A stretch of DNA of 64,000 nucleotides. Origin: Candidatus Eiseniibacteriota bacterium. Its GTDB lineage: Bacteria > Eisenbacteria > RBG-16-71-46. A program made the translations under genes and the position numbers. Shown one piece after another: positions 36,746 to 46,356 of this stretch (the stretch's first letter is position 1; every line of letters starts with the position of its first letter). The notes beneath the pieces were generated by a model. The model saw only the letters and a list, made by a program, of their open reading frames with translations, searched no databases and was not told where the DNA came from. The DNA lies in NCBI GenBank assembly GCA_031370785.1, contig JANMQY010000114.1, forward strand, positions 1 to 64,000, read 5' to 3'.

Positions 36746-37734
36746 GCCACCCGTCGCGGTTCGGCCGCCGGAACCGACCGTCGCACCAGCTCTGCGGCTT
36801 CAGCCTCGGCCCGATGCGCCTCTTCGACCGTGCTTGCGGCGCGCGCGAACTTGACCCGGTCCCACATGCGCAGCAGCACTTCGAGCCGCGGCAGCGCGCC
36901 GGGCGTCAGGCGTGCGTTCTCGAGCTCGGTGAGCAGCTCGGTGGTGGTATGCCCGGGCCGCGCGACTAAGGCGGTGGCTTCGAGGAATCGACGTACGATC
37001 CGGGTGAGCTGAAAGGCGTGGTCCGCGAAGCGGCCCTGCTCCGGAAGGTTCAGTCGGCGCAGCGCGGCCAGCTCGGCCAGCGCCTCGGCCGCCGGATCGC
37101 GCAGGCGCGGGGCGGCCGGAGCGAGAGCGGGAGCCGGACGCCTCTTGCGCAGCCAGCGGATCAGCGCGATCAGGAGCGCGACGATCAGCGCCCCCGCCGC
37201 GACCTTGAGCCACGGCACGCGCTCCCACCACGGCGCGCCGAGCGGGCCGCGCAGTCCGCGCAGCTCGGCGTTGCTATCGGCCGCGGCGACCAGAGCGACC
37301 ACCGTCAGCTTCAAGCTCGGCAGGCGCTGCACGATCGGCCCTGAGCCTTCGTCGACTTCGAAGCGTAGCCCGGGCACGGTGAGAATCCCGGTCGCGAACG
37401 CCTGTACCGACGTCTCGATCACGACCGTGTCCCGGAGCATTCGCCGCGATCTCGTCCCCGAAGGCTCGGGGACGCGGCGCGCGCTCAACGGACCCCAGCT
37501 GAGCGCGCCGCCAGGCTCGACCGGGAGCCAGCGCGCGCGCACGTCGTGTGGCACCACGATCCAGCCTCGATACTCGAGCCGCTCGCCGAGGCGCGCCTGC
37601 TTGCGCGAAAGGGCCGCGTGCGCCGGAATCTGCAGGGCGGCCGCCCGCGTCTGCCCGGCGAGCATCACCGCCAGCGCAAGCACCAGCATTGTCGCCGCGG
37701 CCGGGCGCATTCCGGGTGCGCGCGCCGGGCTCAT
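36742..37734 (-). CDS. Bat-operon membrane protein (DUF4381/BatD-like)
   Basis: Signal peptide, beta-rich domain, TM, then ALAELAAL..IVRRFLE..TTTELL..DRVKFA pattern typical of this operon position. Confidence 0.7.
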   Translation of the reverse strand: MSPARAPGMRPAAATMLVLALAVMLAGQTRAAALQIPAHAALSRKQARLGERLEYRGWIVVPHDVRARWLPVEPGGALSWGPLSARRVPEPSGTRSRRMLRDTVVIETSVQAFATGILTVPGLRFEVDEGSGPIVQRLPSLKLTVVALVAAADSNAELRGLRGPLGAPWWERVPWLKVAAGALIVALLIALIRWLRKRRPAPALAPAAPRLRDPAAEALAELAALRRLNLPEQGRFADHAFQLTRIVRRFLEATALVARPGHTTTELLTELENARLTPGALPRLEVLLRMWDRVKFARAASTVEEAHRAEAEAAELVRRSVPAAEPRRVA

Positions 37735-38615
37735 CCCACCGCCCGGGTGCGGCGCCGGCGATTGAAGTAGCGCATGAGCGTCGGAATGTAGTTGCGATCG
37801 GTGCGCAGCTCGAGCATCGAGCAGCGGGCCTGGGTCAGCACCTGCTCGGCGGCACGCAGGCGCGCGCGCGCGTTCCTCTGGTACGCCTCGCGCACGCGGC
37901 GGTCCGAGGTGTCGACCAGCGTGCGCCGCCCGCTCTCGAGATCCTCGAGCTCGACCCAGCCGACGGCCGGGAGCGCCTCATCGCGCGGATCGCGCAGCAG
38001 CATGGCGGTCACATCGTGGCGGCGGCCGAGCACGCGCCAGTCGCGCAGGTTCAGGCGGTCCTCGAAATCCGAGATCCAGAACACCAGGCTCCGGCGGCGC
38101 TGGGTCCGGGTCACGAATCCGGTGGCCTGGGACAACCGCGTCCCGCCTTTCTCCGGCTCGGCTCCGAGCACGTCGCGCAGCAGGCGCAGCAGGTGGGTGC
38201 GCCCGCGCCCCGGTCGGACGAAGTGTTCGACCTGCTCGGCCGCCAGCACCAGCCCGACCTTGTCGTTGTTGCGCATCGCGGCGAACCCGAGGATCGCGCA
38301 CAGCTCGGCCGCGAGCTCGCGTTTCTCCTGCCCGGCGGTGCCGAAGCGCATCGAGCGCGAGATGTCGACGACCAGGATCACCGACAGCTCGCGCTCCTCG
38401 ACGAAGCGCTTGACGAACGGAGCGCCGAAGCGCGCGCTCACGTTCCAGTCGATGTCGCGCACCTCATCGCCAGGCACGTAGTGGCGCACTTCCTCGAATT
38501 CGACGCCGCGCCCCTTGAAGACGCTCTCGCTGTGCCCCGCGAAAAGGTCTTCCACCAGGTGGCGGCTGCGGATCTCGAGCCGGCGGACCTTGCGCAGCAA
38601 TTCCGCGGTCTGCAT
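37731..38615 (-). CDS. DUF58 domain protein
   Basis: FKGRGVEFEEVRHYVPGDEVRDIDWNVSAR, FVEEREL, DISRSM, WISDF. Confidence 0.92.
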   Translation of the reverse strand: MQTAELLRKVRRLEIRSRHLVEDLFAGHSESVFKGRGVEFEEVRHYVPGDEVRDIDWNVSARFGAPFVKRFVEERELSVILVVDISRSMRFGTAGQEKRELAAELCAILGFAAMRNNDKVGLVLAAEQVEHFVRPGRGRTHLLRLLRDVLGAEPEKGGTRLSQATGFVTRTQRRRSLVFWISDFEDRLNLRDWRVLGRRHDVTAMLLRDPRDEALPAVGWVELEDLESGRRTLVDTSDRRVREAYQRNARARLRAAEQVLTQARCSMLELRTDRNYIPTLMRYFNRRRRTRAVG

Positions 38616-39601
38616 CAGGGCACGCGCACCTGCTCCAGGATGCGGCGGGCCACCTCTTCCCCGCTCACGCCTTCGGCTTCTGCCTCGTATGAAACCTGGA
38701 TGCGATGGCGCAGGACGTCGGGTGCAATCGCCTTCACGTCCTCGGGCAGCACGTAGGCGCGGCCGGCAAGCAGCGCGAGCGCCTGCGCGCCGCGCACCAG
38801 GAACAGGGTCGCCCGCGGCGAGGCACCGAACGCGATCAGGTTCTCGAGCGCGAGGCCGAAGTCGCGCGGGCGGCGGGTCGCGCTCACCACATCGAGCACG
38901 TAGTCCTGGATCTTCTCGTCGACGTAGACGCTGGCGAGCGCCGCCCGTGCTTCGAGCACGTCCGCGCGCGAAGCCTGAGGAGTGAGGGTGGGCAGCGCCG
39001 CGAGCCCGGCACGCTTGAGGATCTGCTTCTCCTCGCCACGGTCGGGATAGCCCACGCGCACCTTGAGCATGAAGCGGTCGCTCTGCGCCTCTGGCAGGTT
39101 GTAGGTGCCCTCCTGCTCGATCGGATTCTGCGTGGCGAGCACCAGGAACGGCTCTTCCAGCGGGTGGCTCTCATCGCCGAGCGTCACCTGGCGCTCCTGC
39201 ATCGCCTCGAGCAGCGCGGACTGGACCTTGGCCGGCGCGCGGTTGATCTCGTCGGCCAGCACGAGATTCGCAAACACCGGGCCGCGCTTGGCGGTGAACG
39301 ATCCATCGCGCGGGTTGTAGATGAGCGTCCCGGTGAGATCGGCGGGGAGCAGGTCGGGAGTGAACTGGATGCGGCGGAACTTGAGCGCGAGCGCATCGGC
39401 GAGGCTCTTGACGGCGAGGGTCTTGGCCAGTCCCGGCACGCCCTCGAGGAGCACGTGCCCGCCGGCGACGAGCCCCACGAGCAGGCGGTCGACCATCACC
39501 CGCTGCCCGACCACCGCGCGCGCCACTTCATCGCGAACCTTGCCGAGAATCTCCCCGGCGCGCTCGACCTTCAGAGCGGCTTCCTTGGACTCCACCGTCA
39601 T
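38615..39601 (-). CDS. moxR: MoxR-family AAA+ ATPase
   Basis: GHVLLEGVPGLAKT, RIQFTPDLLPAD, LADEINRAPAKVQSALLEAMQE, ATQNPIEQEGTY, GASPR. Confidence 0.96.
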   Translation of the reverse strand: MTVESKEAALKVERAGEILGKVRDEVARAVVGQRVMVDRLLVGLVAGGHVLLEGVPGLAKTLAVKSLADALALKFRRIQFTPDLLPADLTGTLIYNPRDGSFTAKRGPVFANLVLADEINRAPAKVQSALLEAMQERQVTLGDESHPLEEPFLVLATQNPIEQEGTYNLPEAQSDRFMLKVRVGYPDRGEEKQILKRAGLAALPTLTPQASRADVLEARAALASVYVDEKIQDYVLDVVSATRRPRDFGLALENLIAFGASPRATLFLVRGAQALALLAGRAYVLPEDVKAIAPDVLRHRIQVSYEAEAEGVSGEEVARRILEQVRVP

Positions 39602-39682
39602 GGCTCCCCCGCTGGCCCCGAAAACGCCTCCTTCAGACCGGGACACCGGCCGAGGAGGCACGCATCCACCGAAACGGAGCGC

Positions 39683-39710
39683 AGTATAGCCAAGGCTCGC
39701 GTGTGGTCCA
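39683..39710 (-). promoter_or_regulatory. Possible promoter for moxR-bat operon
   Basis: TGGACC-16 nt-TATACT. Confidence 0.4.
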
Positions 39711-39848
39711 GTCGACCCACCAGGGTCCGGGAGAAACGAGGGGAACTGCGGGCGCTTCCGGTGGGTTGGCGCACGTTCGTCCCGGAGTGCGCCTCGGGTC
39801 GGTGGCCGCGGCCGCTACTGCTCCGCGATCAGAGGCCGGGCCCCGCGC

Positions 39849-40340
39849 TCAGGCGGCGCGGTCGAACAGAGAGGGCTGGAAAGTCTTCATCGCCCCTGCC
39901 ACGGCACGAGCCGGGTTCGCCCATGCGGCGAGTGCCTGGCGCGCGTCGAGGATCTCGAAGGGGGGCTCGATCGACTCGATCCACTCGAGCCGGGAGAGCG
40001 CGCGCTCCACCCGCGAGGAGGCCTCCCAGTCCCGGGGTTCCTGCGCCAGCGCGCGCGCCATCAGCTGGTGCACGCGGACTCTGGCGAGGCGTTCGAGTTC
40101 GTACTCGGCGCGGCACGCGAGCGCGGCGCGTTCCAGCAGCGCATCGGCTCCGCGCGGGTCGCGAGCGGCGAGCGCGGTCAGGCCGAGCCGATGGAGACCC
40201 GCCGCGGGGAACAGCCCGGGGGCGAGAAAGGCGACCTTCCGGAGCAGCGGCGAGACAGGCACGGGATGGACCTCCGGTGGGACGCGAGGGGACGAGGGAA
40301 AAGCTTGCACGATCGGTGCCACCAAAGAACTCGAACTCAT
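39849..40340 (-). CDS. Hypothetical helical protein (possibly TPR-like)
   Basis: Co-oriented ORF filling the glyA-moxR gap with a natural helical composition; start uncertain. Confidence 0.5.
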   Translation of the reverse strand: MSSSSLVAPIVQAFPSSPRVPPEVHPVPVSPLLRKVAFLAPGLFPAAGLHRLGLTALAARDPRGADALLERAALACRAEYELERLARVRVHQLMARALAQEPRDWEASSRVERALSRLEWIESIEPPFEILDARQALAAWANPARAVAGAMKTFQPSLFDRAA

Positions 40341-40455
40341 GAGCCCAAGTCGTTTGATGGTCGCGATCTCTGAGTGCACTGCACCAGGCTACCCGGGCGG
40401 CGTTGCAACCTGACCTCGTGGGGGCGCAGCGTGCACGACCCGCCAGGGAGGAGAG

Positions 40456-41709
40456 CTAGCGCAGCACCGGCTCCCACGCGAACAGCGGGTAACCGGAGGT
40501 GAGCTCGAGCACCTCGCGCTCGACCTCGCGCGCCACCGAGGCGTCTTCGGGCTTCTCGAGGATGCGCGCGATCCAGTCGGCGATCAGCCGCATTTCGTCG
40601 GTCCCGAACCCGCGCGTGGTGAGCGCCGGGGTTCCGAGCCGGACGCCGCTCGTGACCCACGGCTTCTGCGGGTCGTTCGGCACCGCGTTCTTGTTCACGG
40701 TGATGCGGCCGCGGTGCAGCGCCTCCTCGGCGGTCTTGCCGGTCATGGAGCGCCGGCGCAGATCCATCAGCACGAGATGATTGTCGGTGCCGCCCGAGAC
40801 CAGGTCGAACCCGCGCTCGACCAGCGCCTCGGCGAGTGTGCGCGCGTTGTCCACGACTCTCTGCTGGTAGCCTCGGAATCCATCCGTCAGCGCTTCGCCG
40901 AAGCACACCGCCTTGGCCGCGATGACGTGCATCAACGGTCCTCCCTGCAGTCCCGGGAACACGCTCTTGTCGAGCTTCTCGGCGAGCGCGGCGCGACACA
41001 GCACCACCCCGCCGCGCGGGCCGCGCAGCGTCTTGTGCGTGGTGGTGGTCACCATCGCCGCGTGCGGCACCGGGCTCGGATGGAGGCCGGTCGCGACCAG
41101 CCCGGCGATGTGCGCCATGTCCACCACCAGCGTCGCGCCCACTTCGTCGGCAATCGCGCCGAGGCGCGCGAAGTCGATGATGCGCGGGTAGGCGCTCGCG
41201 CCCGCGACCAGGATCCGCGGCCGATGCTGCCTGGCAAGCGCCTCGACCGCATCGTAGTCGATGCGTCCATCCTCGGGACGGACGCCATATTGCACCGCTT
41301 TCCACAGCTTGCCCGTGATCGAAACCGGATGGCCGTGGGTCAGGTGGCCGCCGTGAGCCAGGCTCATGCCGAGCAAGGTATCGCCCGGCTCCGAGACTGC
41401 GAGGTAGGCGGCAAGATTGGCAGAGGCCCCGGAGTGCGGCTGCACGTTCGCGTGGTCGGCGCCGAACAGCAGCCTCAGCCGTTCGAGCGCGAGCGTCTCC
41501 GCCACGTCCACGAACTCGCAGCCGCCGTAGTAGCGCTTCTTCGGCAGCCCTTCGGCGTACTTGTTGGTCATCACCGAGCCCTGCGCCTCGAGCACCGCAG
41601 GGCTCACGAAATTCTCGGACGCGATGAGCTCGAGGGTCTGCATCTCGCGCAGGCGCTCGCCTTCGATGGCATCGGCGATCCTGGGATCCTGAGAGCGAAG
41701 TTCGGACAA
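40456..41709 (-). CDS. glyA: Serine hydroxymethyltransferase
   Basis: [40 protein letters not shown]. Confidence 0.98.
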   Translation of the reverse strand: MSELRSQDPRIADAIEGERLREMQTLELIASENFVSPAVLEAQGSVMTNKYAEGLPKKRYYGGCEFVDVAETLALERLRLLFGADHANVQPHSGASANLAAYLAVSEPGDTLLGMSLAHGGHLTHGHPVSITGKLWKAVQYGVRPEDGRIDYDAVEALARQHRPRILVAGASAYPRIIDFARLGAIADEVGATLVVDMAHIAGLVATGLHPSPVPHAAMVTTTTHKTLRGPRGGVVLCRAALAEKLDKSVFPGLQGGPLMHVIAAKAVCFGEALTDGFRGYQQRVVDNARTLAEALVERGFDLVSGGTDNHLVLMDLRRRSMTGKTAEEALHRGRITVNKNAVPNDPQKPWVTSGVRLGTPALTTRGFGTDEMRLIADWIARILEKPEDASVAREVEREVLELTSGYPLFAWEPVLR

Positions 41710-41715
41710 GGGGAC

Positions 41716-42177
41716 CTACCGATTGCGGAGGTGAGCGGCTTCGTACTCGCTGATCTTGTGCAGGCGGGGCTCGTGACGACCGCCCTCGAAGCGGGTCTCG
41801 AGCCAGACCCTGAGCCACTTCGCCACTGCCTCGTGATCGGGGCTGGTGCGGCCGCCAAGCGCGAGCACGTTCGCGTCGTTGTGGAGGCGCGAGAGCCGGG
41901 CGGTCTCCTCGCTGGTCACCATCGCGGCGCGAACCCCCGGCACCTTGTTCGCCGCGATGCTCTCGCCGATCCCGCTTCCCCCGAGCACGATGCCGCGCTC
42001 GACCTCGCCGCGCGCCACCTTCTCGCCGACCGGGAAGCAGAAATCCGGGTAGTCGACGGGAGGCTCGGCCGCGTAGGTTCCCAGGTCGATCACCTCGTGG
42101 CCGAGGATGCCCAGCTCACGCTTGAGCCGTTCCTTGAGCGCGAACCCGGCATGATCGGTGCCGATCGCGACGCGCAC
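41716..42177 (-). CDS. rpiB: Ribose-5-phosphate isomerase B
   Basis: DHAGF, VDYPD, GSGIG..IAANKV.GVRA, HNDANVL, FEGGRH. Confidence 0.93.
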   Translation of the reverse strand: MRVAIGTDHAGFALKERLKRELGILGHEVIDLGTYAAEPPVDYPDFCFPVGEKVARGEVERGIVLGGSGIGESIAANKVPGVRAAMVTSEETARLSRLHNDANVLALGGRTSPDHEAVAKWLRVWLETRFEGGRHEPRLHKISEYEAAHLRNR

Positions 42178-42188
42178 CTCGAGCCGCT

Positions 42189-43148
42189 CTAGCGCGCCGC
42201 AGCGCCGACCGGTGCGCCAGTGCGGCGTGGCACCGGAGCGAGCCAGCCGTGGCGATCGGCGGTTTCCCCGCGGACCGTGGCGAAATACGCGTCCTGGATC
42301 GCCTTGGTGATCGGACCGCGCTCGCCGTTCCCGATCGGAATCCGGTCCACCGAGGTGACCGGCGTGACCTCGACCGCGGTGCCCGAGAAGAACAGCTCAT
42401 CGGCGATGTACAGCAGCTCGCGCGGCATGATGGTCTCGCGCACCTTGAAGCCCAGCTCCTCGGCCAGCGTCATCACGGTGCTGCGCGTGATGCCGAGCAG
42501 TATGCTGCTGTGCCCGGGCGGGGTCAGGATCTCTCCGTTCACCACCGCGAACAGGTTCTCGCCACTTCCCTCGCTGACGTAGCCGTTCACGTCGAGCGCG
42601 ATCGCTTCCGCGTATCCGTCCTCGATCGCCTCGAGCTTGAGCAGCTGCGAGTTGAGATAGTTGCCACCGGCCTTGGCCAGCGCGGGCAGCGTGTTCGGCG
42701 CCATGCGCGCCCACGATCCGATCTTGACCGGCACGCCCTTGGTGATCGCGTCCTCGCCGAGATACTTGCCCCACGGATAGGCGGCGATCGCGACCTCGAT
42801 CGGCGTCCCGATCGGATTCACTCCGACGTGCGCGTAGCCGCGGTACACCAATGGGCGGATGTAGCACTCGTCGAGACGATTGAGCTCGACCGCATCGATG
42901 CACGCCTTCACGATCTCTTCCTTCGTGTAAGGAATCAGCATGCGGTAGATCTTGGCCGAGTTGAACAGTCTGCGAATGTGGTCCTCGAGGCGGAAGATCG
43001 CCGGGCCGCTGCGCGTGTGGTAGCAGCGGATGCCCTCGAACACGCTCGAGCCGTAGTGGAGCACGTGCGACAGCACGTGAACCTTCGCGTCATCCCACGC
43101 GACCCAGGCACCGTTCATCCAGATCTTGTCGCTCTTCGTCATCGACAT
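42189..43148 (-). CDS. ilvE: Branched-chain amino acid aminotransferase
   Basis: LHYGSSVFEG, YIRP, KAGGNY, EGSGENLF, LLGITR, GTAVEVTP. Confidence 0.96.
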   Translation of the reverse strand: MSMTKSDKIWMNGAWVAWDDAKVHVLSHVLHYGSSVFEGIRCYHTRSGPAIFRLEDHIRRLFNSAKIYRMLIPYTKEEIVKACIDAVELNRLDECYIRPLVYRGYAHVGVNPIGTPIEVAIAAYPWGKYLGEDAITKGVPVKIGSWARMAPNTLPALAKAGGNYLNSQLLKLEAIEDGYAEAIALDVNGYVSEGSGENLFAVVNGEILTPPGHSSILLGITRSTVMTLAEELGFKVRETIMPRELLYIADELFFSGTAVEVTPVTSVDRIPIGNGERGPITKAIQDAYFATVRGETADRHGWLAPVPRRTGAPVGAAAR

Positions 43149-43190
43149 GACGCACCTCTTGGGAGTGCCGGCGCCCTCAGCCCCTGAACT

Positions 43191-43676
43191 TCAGGCCGAA
43201 CGTTCTCTCAACGCTTCGCGAACCAGCGGAACCACACGGTCCAGATGGCGCCGGATGCGGCGCCAGCATTCTTCGTACGCTTCCAGCGATCCGCCGTAGG
43301 GATCGTCGATCGCGAGCTGCGGTTCACCCGGAGCGGGCCACTCGCTGAGCAGGTGGGTCCTCTCCGGCTTCGCACCCATCGCGGTCACCACCGCGAGGTG
43401 CGACCGCTCCATGACCAGCACCAGGTCGACCGATCTCACCAGCTCGGGCGTCACGCGTCGCGAGCGATGTCCTGCCAGTTCCACGCCGTCGCGCCCCGCC
43501 ACCTCGATGGCCTGCTCCGTCGCCGGCCGCCCTTCCAGGGCGCCGGTCCCGGCCGACATCACCTCGACGCGCTCGCCATCGGTCCCGAGGGCTTTCGCAA
43601 GCCAGCCTGCGGCCATTGGACTGCGGCACGTGTTTCCGCTGCATACCATGAGAACTCGGAACGTGGCATTCGACAT
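43191..43676 (-). CDS. Low-molecular-weight phosphatase, YwlE-like protein arginine phosphatase
   Basis: P-loop CSGNTCRSPMA, SAGT, DDPYGG; tsaC-phosphatase-rpiB-glyA order as in the Bacillus ywl region. Confidence 0.85.
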   Translation of the reverse strand: MSNATFRVLMVCSGNTCRSPMAAGWLAKALGTDGERVEVMSAGTGALEGRPATEQAIEVAGRDGVELAGHRSRRVTPELVRSVDLVLVMERSHLAVVTAMGAKPERTHLLSEWPAPGEPQLAIDDPYGGSLEAYEECWRRIRRHLDRVVPLVREALRERSA

Positions 43677-43684
43677 GCGTGACA

Positions 43685-43714
43685 AGGATAGGCGGCGCTC
43701 CCTTCGGGAGTCAA
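43685..43714 (-). promoter_or_regulatory. Sigma70-type promoter, near-leaderless for the phosphatase
   Basis: TTGACT-18 nt-TATCCT, 8 nt before ATG; -35 box contains the tsaC stop. Confidence 0.55.
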
Positions 43715-44364
43715 CCGACCCGGTCCTCGCGTGCGTCCTCGAAATCGCCGAGATCCGCACGCACATCGAGCTCGCCGAGCCGCAGCAATCGCGCTCGCGG
43801 TGCGCTCACGTCCACCAGGGTGGAGGCGATGCCGCCGCGTCGCGGTCCGCCGTCCAGCACCAGATCGAGCTGATTGCCGAATACGCGCACCACCTCTTCG
43901 GCGGTCTCGGCCGGCCGCTGCCCGGACAGGTTCGCGCTGCTCGCGACCACCGGCCCGCCGATGCGATCGAGCAGCAGCAGGCACAGCTTGTCATCCGGGC
44001 AGCGCAGCGCCACGGTGCCGCCAGCGCCGCGCACCCGCGCCGGCACGATCGGCGCGGCCTTGAAGATGAGAGACAGCGGGCCCGGCCACCATTTGGCGAT
44101 CAGCCGCTCGGCGACCTCGCTCACCTGCGAGGCAATCCCGTAGACCTGCCTGGGATCGGGTATCAACGAGATCACGGCGAGCGAGGGATCACGGCGCTTG
44201 AGGCGCGCGACCATGCCCACCGCCGATTCGTCGAACAGCGAGCAGCCAAGCCCGTAGAGCGTGTCGGTCGGGAATGCGATCACTCCACCGCGCAGCACCG
44301 CCTCCGCCGCGGCGTGCAGCGGCCCCTCCGCGGGGTTCGATGGATCCACCTGAAGGACTTCCAT
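43711..44364 (-). CDS. tsaC: Threonylcarbamoyl-AMP synthase (YrdC/Sua5 short form)
   Basis: FPTDTLYGLG, LKRR, WPGPLS, SSANLSG, STLVD. Confidence 0.93.
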   Translation of the reverse strand: MEVLQVDPSNPAEGPLHAAAEAVLRGGVIAFPTDTLYGLGCSLFDESAVGMVARLKRRDPSLAVISLIPDPRQVYGIASQVSEVAERLIAKWWPGPLSLIFKAAPIVPARVRGAGGTVALRCPDDKLCLLLLDRIGGPVVASSANLSGQRPAETAEEVVRVFGNQLDLVLDGGPRRGGIASTLVDVSAPRARLLRLGELDVRADLGDFEDAREDRVG

Positions 44365-44367
44365 CGC

Positions 44368-44859
44368 TCACCGGCCCCCGGCGCGCGTGCGGATGGGCCG
44401 CTGAGCCCGGGACTCGAGCATGCGCGCGAGCCGCGCGTCGTTTAGCGCGAGGATGCGCAGCGCGAGATGCGCCGCGTTGCGCGCCCCCCAGGTTCCGACG
44501 CCCAGCGTCCCGACCGGCACTCCGGGCGGCATCTGAACGGTGGCCAGCAGCGCATCGAACCCGCCGAGCGGCGAAGTCGCGAGCGGCACGCCCAGGACCG
44601 GAAGCCGGCTGTTCGCGGCCATCGCGCCGGCCAGGTGCGCGGCGCCGCCGGCGCCGGCCACGATCACTTCCAGCCCGCGCGCCCTGGCGGTCCTGGCCCA
44701 CTTCGCCGCGGCGTCCGGGGTGCGGTGCGCGGAGCGCACTGCAACCTCGCACTCCACGCCGAACTCCGCGAGCACGCGCGCCGCCTCTTCCATCACCACG
44801 CGGTCCGACTCGCTGCCCATCACGATCCCGACCCGCGCGCCCCTGCGCTTCACCGCCAT
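44368..44859 (-). CDS. purE: N5-CAIR mutase PurE
   Basis: VMGSESD, SAHRTP, AGAGGAAHLAG, VQMPPGVPV. Confidence 0.96.
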   Translation of the reverse strand: MAVKRRGARVGIVMGSESDRVVMEEAARVLAEFGVECEVAVRSAHRTPDAAAKWARTARARGLEVIVAGAGGAAHLAGAMAANSRLPVLGVPLATSPLGGFDALLATVQMPPGVPVGTLGVGTWGARNAAHLALRILALNDARLARMLESRAQRPIRTRAGGR

Positions 44860-44895
44860 CGCCGCCTCCTCGCCATTGATCCCTGGAACACCGCG

Positions 44896-46191
44896 TCAGT
44901 GCGCGCGTTCCTCCAGCTTCGCCACGCCACCACCGATGTCGTGACGGCAGCGCCATCCGTCTCCGCCGAGCCGCGCGATCGCACGGTACGCGGTCCCTGC
45001 GGCCGCGCCCGGGTCGGCTCCGCGCGCCATCACGTAGGCGGCGCGACCGCCCCGCACGCGCCAGCGCCCGTCTTCGAACGCGGTGCCCGCGTGGAAAACC
45101 GTGATCTCGTCCGACTCCATCAGCTCGTCCAGTCCGGCGAGCGTGCCGCCGCCGCGCACCGCATCGGGATAGCCTTCGTCGACCAGCGCGACCGCAAGCG
45201 CCGCACCCTTCTCACGCGCGGGCGGCGTCGGATCGAGCGCGCCGCGTGCGGCCTGGGCGAGCCGTTCCGCGAAAGGCCCGGCCACGAGCGGCAACACCAC
45301 CTGGGACTCGGGATCTCCGAAGCGACAGTTGAACTCCACCACCCGCGCCTCTCCGCGGTCGATCATCAGACCGCAATAGAGCGCCCCGCGATACGGAGTG
45401 CCGCGACGCGACATGGCGGCGAGCAATGGCGCCACGATGCCTTCGCCGATGCGGCGCTCGAGCTCGGGCGGGACCGCCGCGATCGGGGCATAAGCGCCCA
45501 TGCCTCCGGTATTGGGCCCCGAGTCGCCGTCGAACGCTCGCTTGTGGTCGCGCGCGGAGGGAAGAAGCACGTAGTGCTCGCCGTCGCACAGCGCCATCAC
45601 CGAAGCCTCCTCGCCGAGCAGGAACTCCTCGACCACCACGCGCCGCCCGCTCGCGCCAAAGCGCCCGGTCTCGAGACAGTCGACGAGAAACCGTTCGACC
45701 GTGCGCCGCGAGTCGGTGACGCACACTCCCTTGCCCGCGGCGAGGCCGTCGGCTTTGACAACCCACGGTGGACCGAAGCGCTCGAGCGCCGCCCGGGCCG
45801 CCGCCGGGTCGACGCAGAGCTCGGCGCGGGCGGTCGGCACGCCGGCCTCGGCCATGACCTCTTTCGCGAACCACTTGCTGCTCTCGAGGCGGGCGGCCGC
45901 GCGGCTCGGCCCGAAGGTGCTGATGCCGGCCGCGGTCATCTCGTCCGCGACCCCGGCGTCCAGCGGCGCCTCGGGCCCGATGATCGCCAGGTCCACCTTG
46001 TGTTCCCGGCACGCCCGGATCAGCCCCGCCGCGTCGCGCTCCCCGATTGGAAGTCGGGTGAAGTCGCGTCCCATGCCGTCGTTGCCGGGTGCGACCATCA
46101 CCTCGCGCACCTGCGGGTCGCGCGCGAGGCGCCACGCGAGCGCGTGCTCGCGTCCGCCAGAGCCCACCACCAGAACGCGCAACTCAGCCAT
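44896..46191 (-). CDS. purD: Phosphoribosylamine--glycine ligase
   Basis: GSGGREHA, GPEAPL, KADGLAAGKGV, GPNTGGMGAY, EFNCRFGDPE. Confidence 0.97.
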   Translation of the reverse strand: MAELRVLVVGSGGREHALAWRLARDPQVREVMVAPGNDGMGRDFTRLPIGERDAAGLIRACREHKVDLAIIGPEAPLDAGVADEMTAAGISTFGPSRAAARLESSKWFAKEVMAEAGVPTARAELCVDPAAARAALERFGPPWVVKADGLAAGKGVCVTDSRRTVERFLVDCLETGRFGASGRRVVVEEFLLGEEASVMALCDGEHYVLLPSARDHKRAFDGDSGPNTGGMGAYAPIAAVPPELERRIGEGIVAPLLAAMSRRGTPYRGALYCGLMIDRGEARVVEFNCRFGDPESQVVLPLVAGPFAERLAQAARGALDPTPPAREKGAALAVALVDEGYPDAVRGGGTLAGLDELMESDEITVFHAGTAFEDGRWRVRGGRAAYVMARGADPGAAAGTAYRAIARLGGDGWRCRHDIGGGVAKLEERAH

Positions 46192-46198
46192 GTGCCGC

Positions 46199-46226
46199 AC
46201 TCTATCAGCCCAGCCTCAGGATTCAA
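46199..46226 (-). promoter_or_regulatory. Promoter for purD, likely leaderless
   Basis: TTGAAT-16 nt-TAGAGT with extended TGn; 7 nt to ATG; no SD. Confidence 0.5.
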
Positions 46227-46326
46227 TAGCAGCCGCCCGACAACCTCGCGAACGTCCCGCGATCCGCGTCGAGCGCGGCGAGGTGCGGCAAACCGCGCAA
46301 AGCGCCGGTCAGGAAACGGGCGCGCA

Positions 46327-46344
46327 TCGCAGCCCGGGCTGCGA
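46327..46344. repeat. Perfect 18-bp palindrome downstream of gatB
   Basis: TCGCAGCCCGGGCTGCGA; possible terminator hairpin or operator. Confidence 0.4.
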
Positions 46345-46356
46345 GCGACCGCGACG

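Noticed and set aside
44368..44859. purE without purK (purC, purN and purH also absent)
   Set aside because: The pur genes are already scattered here, so absence from one window is uninformative.
46286..46320. GGCAAACC...CGCAAAGC resembling a c-di-GMP-I riboswitch
   Set aside because: The P2 stem with GNRA loop and the GG-ACGCAAAGC spacing are absent, and the motif lies antisense to the flanking genes.
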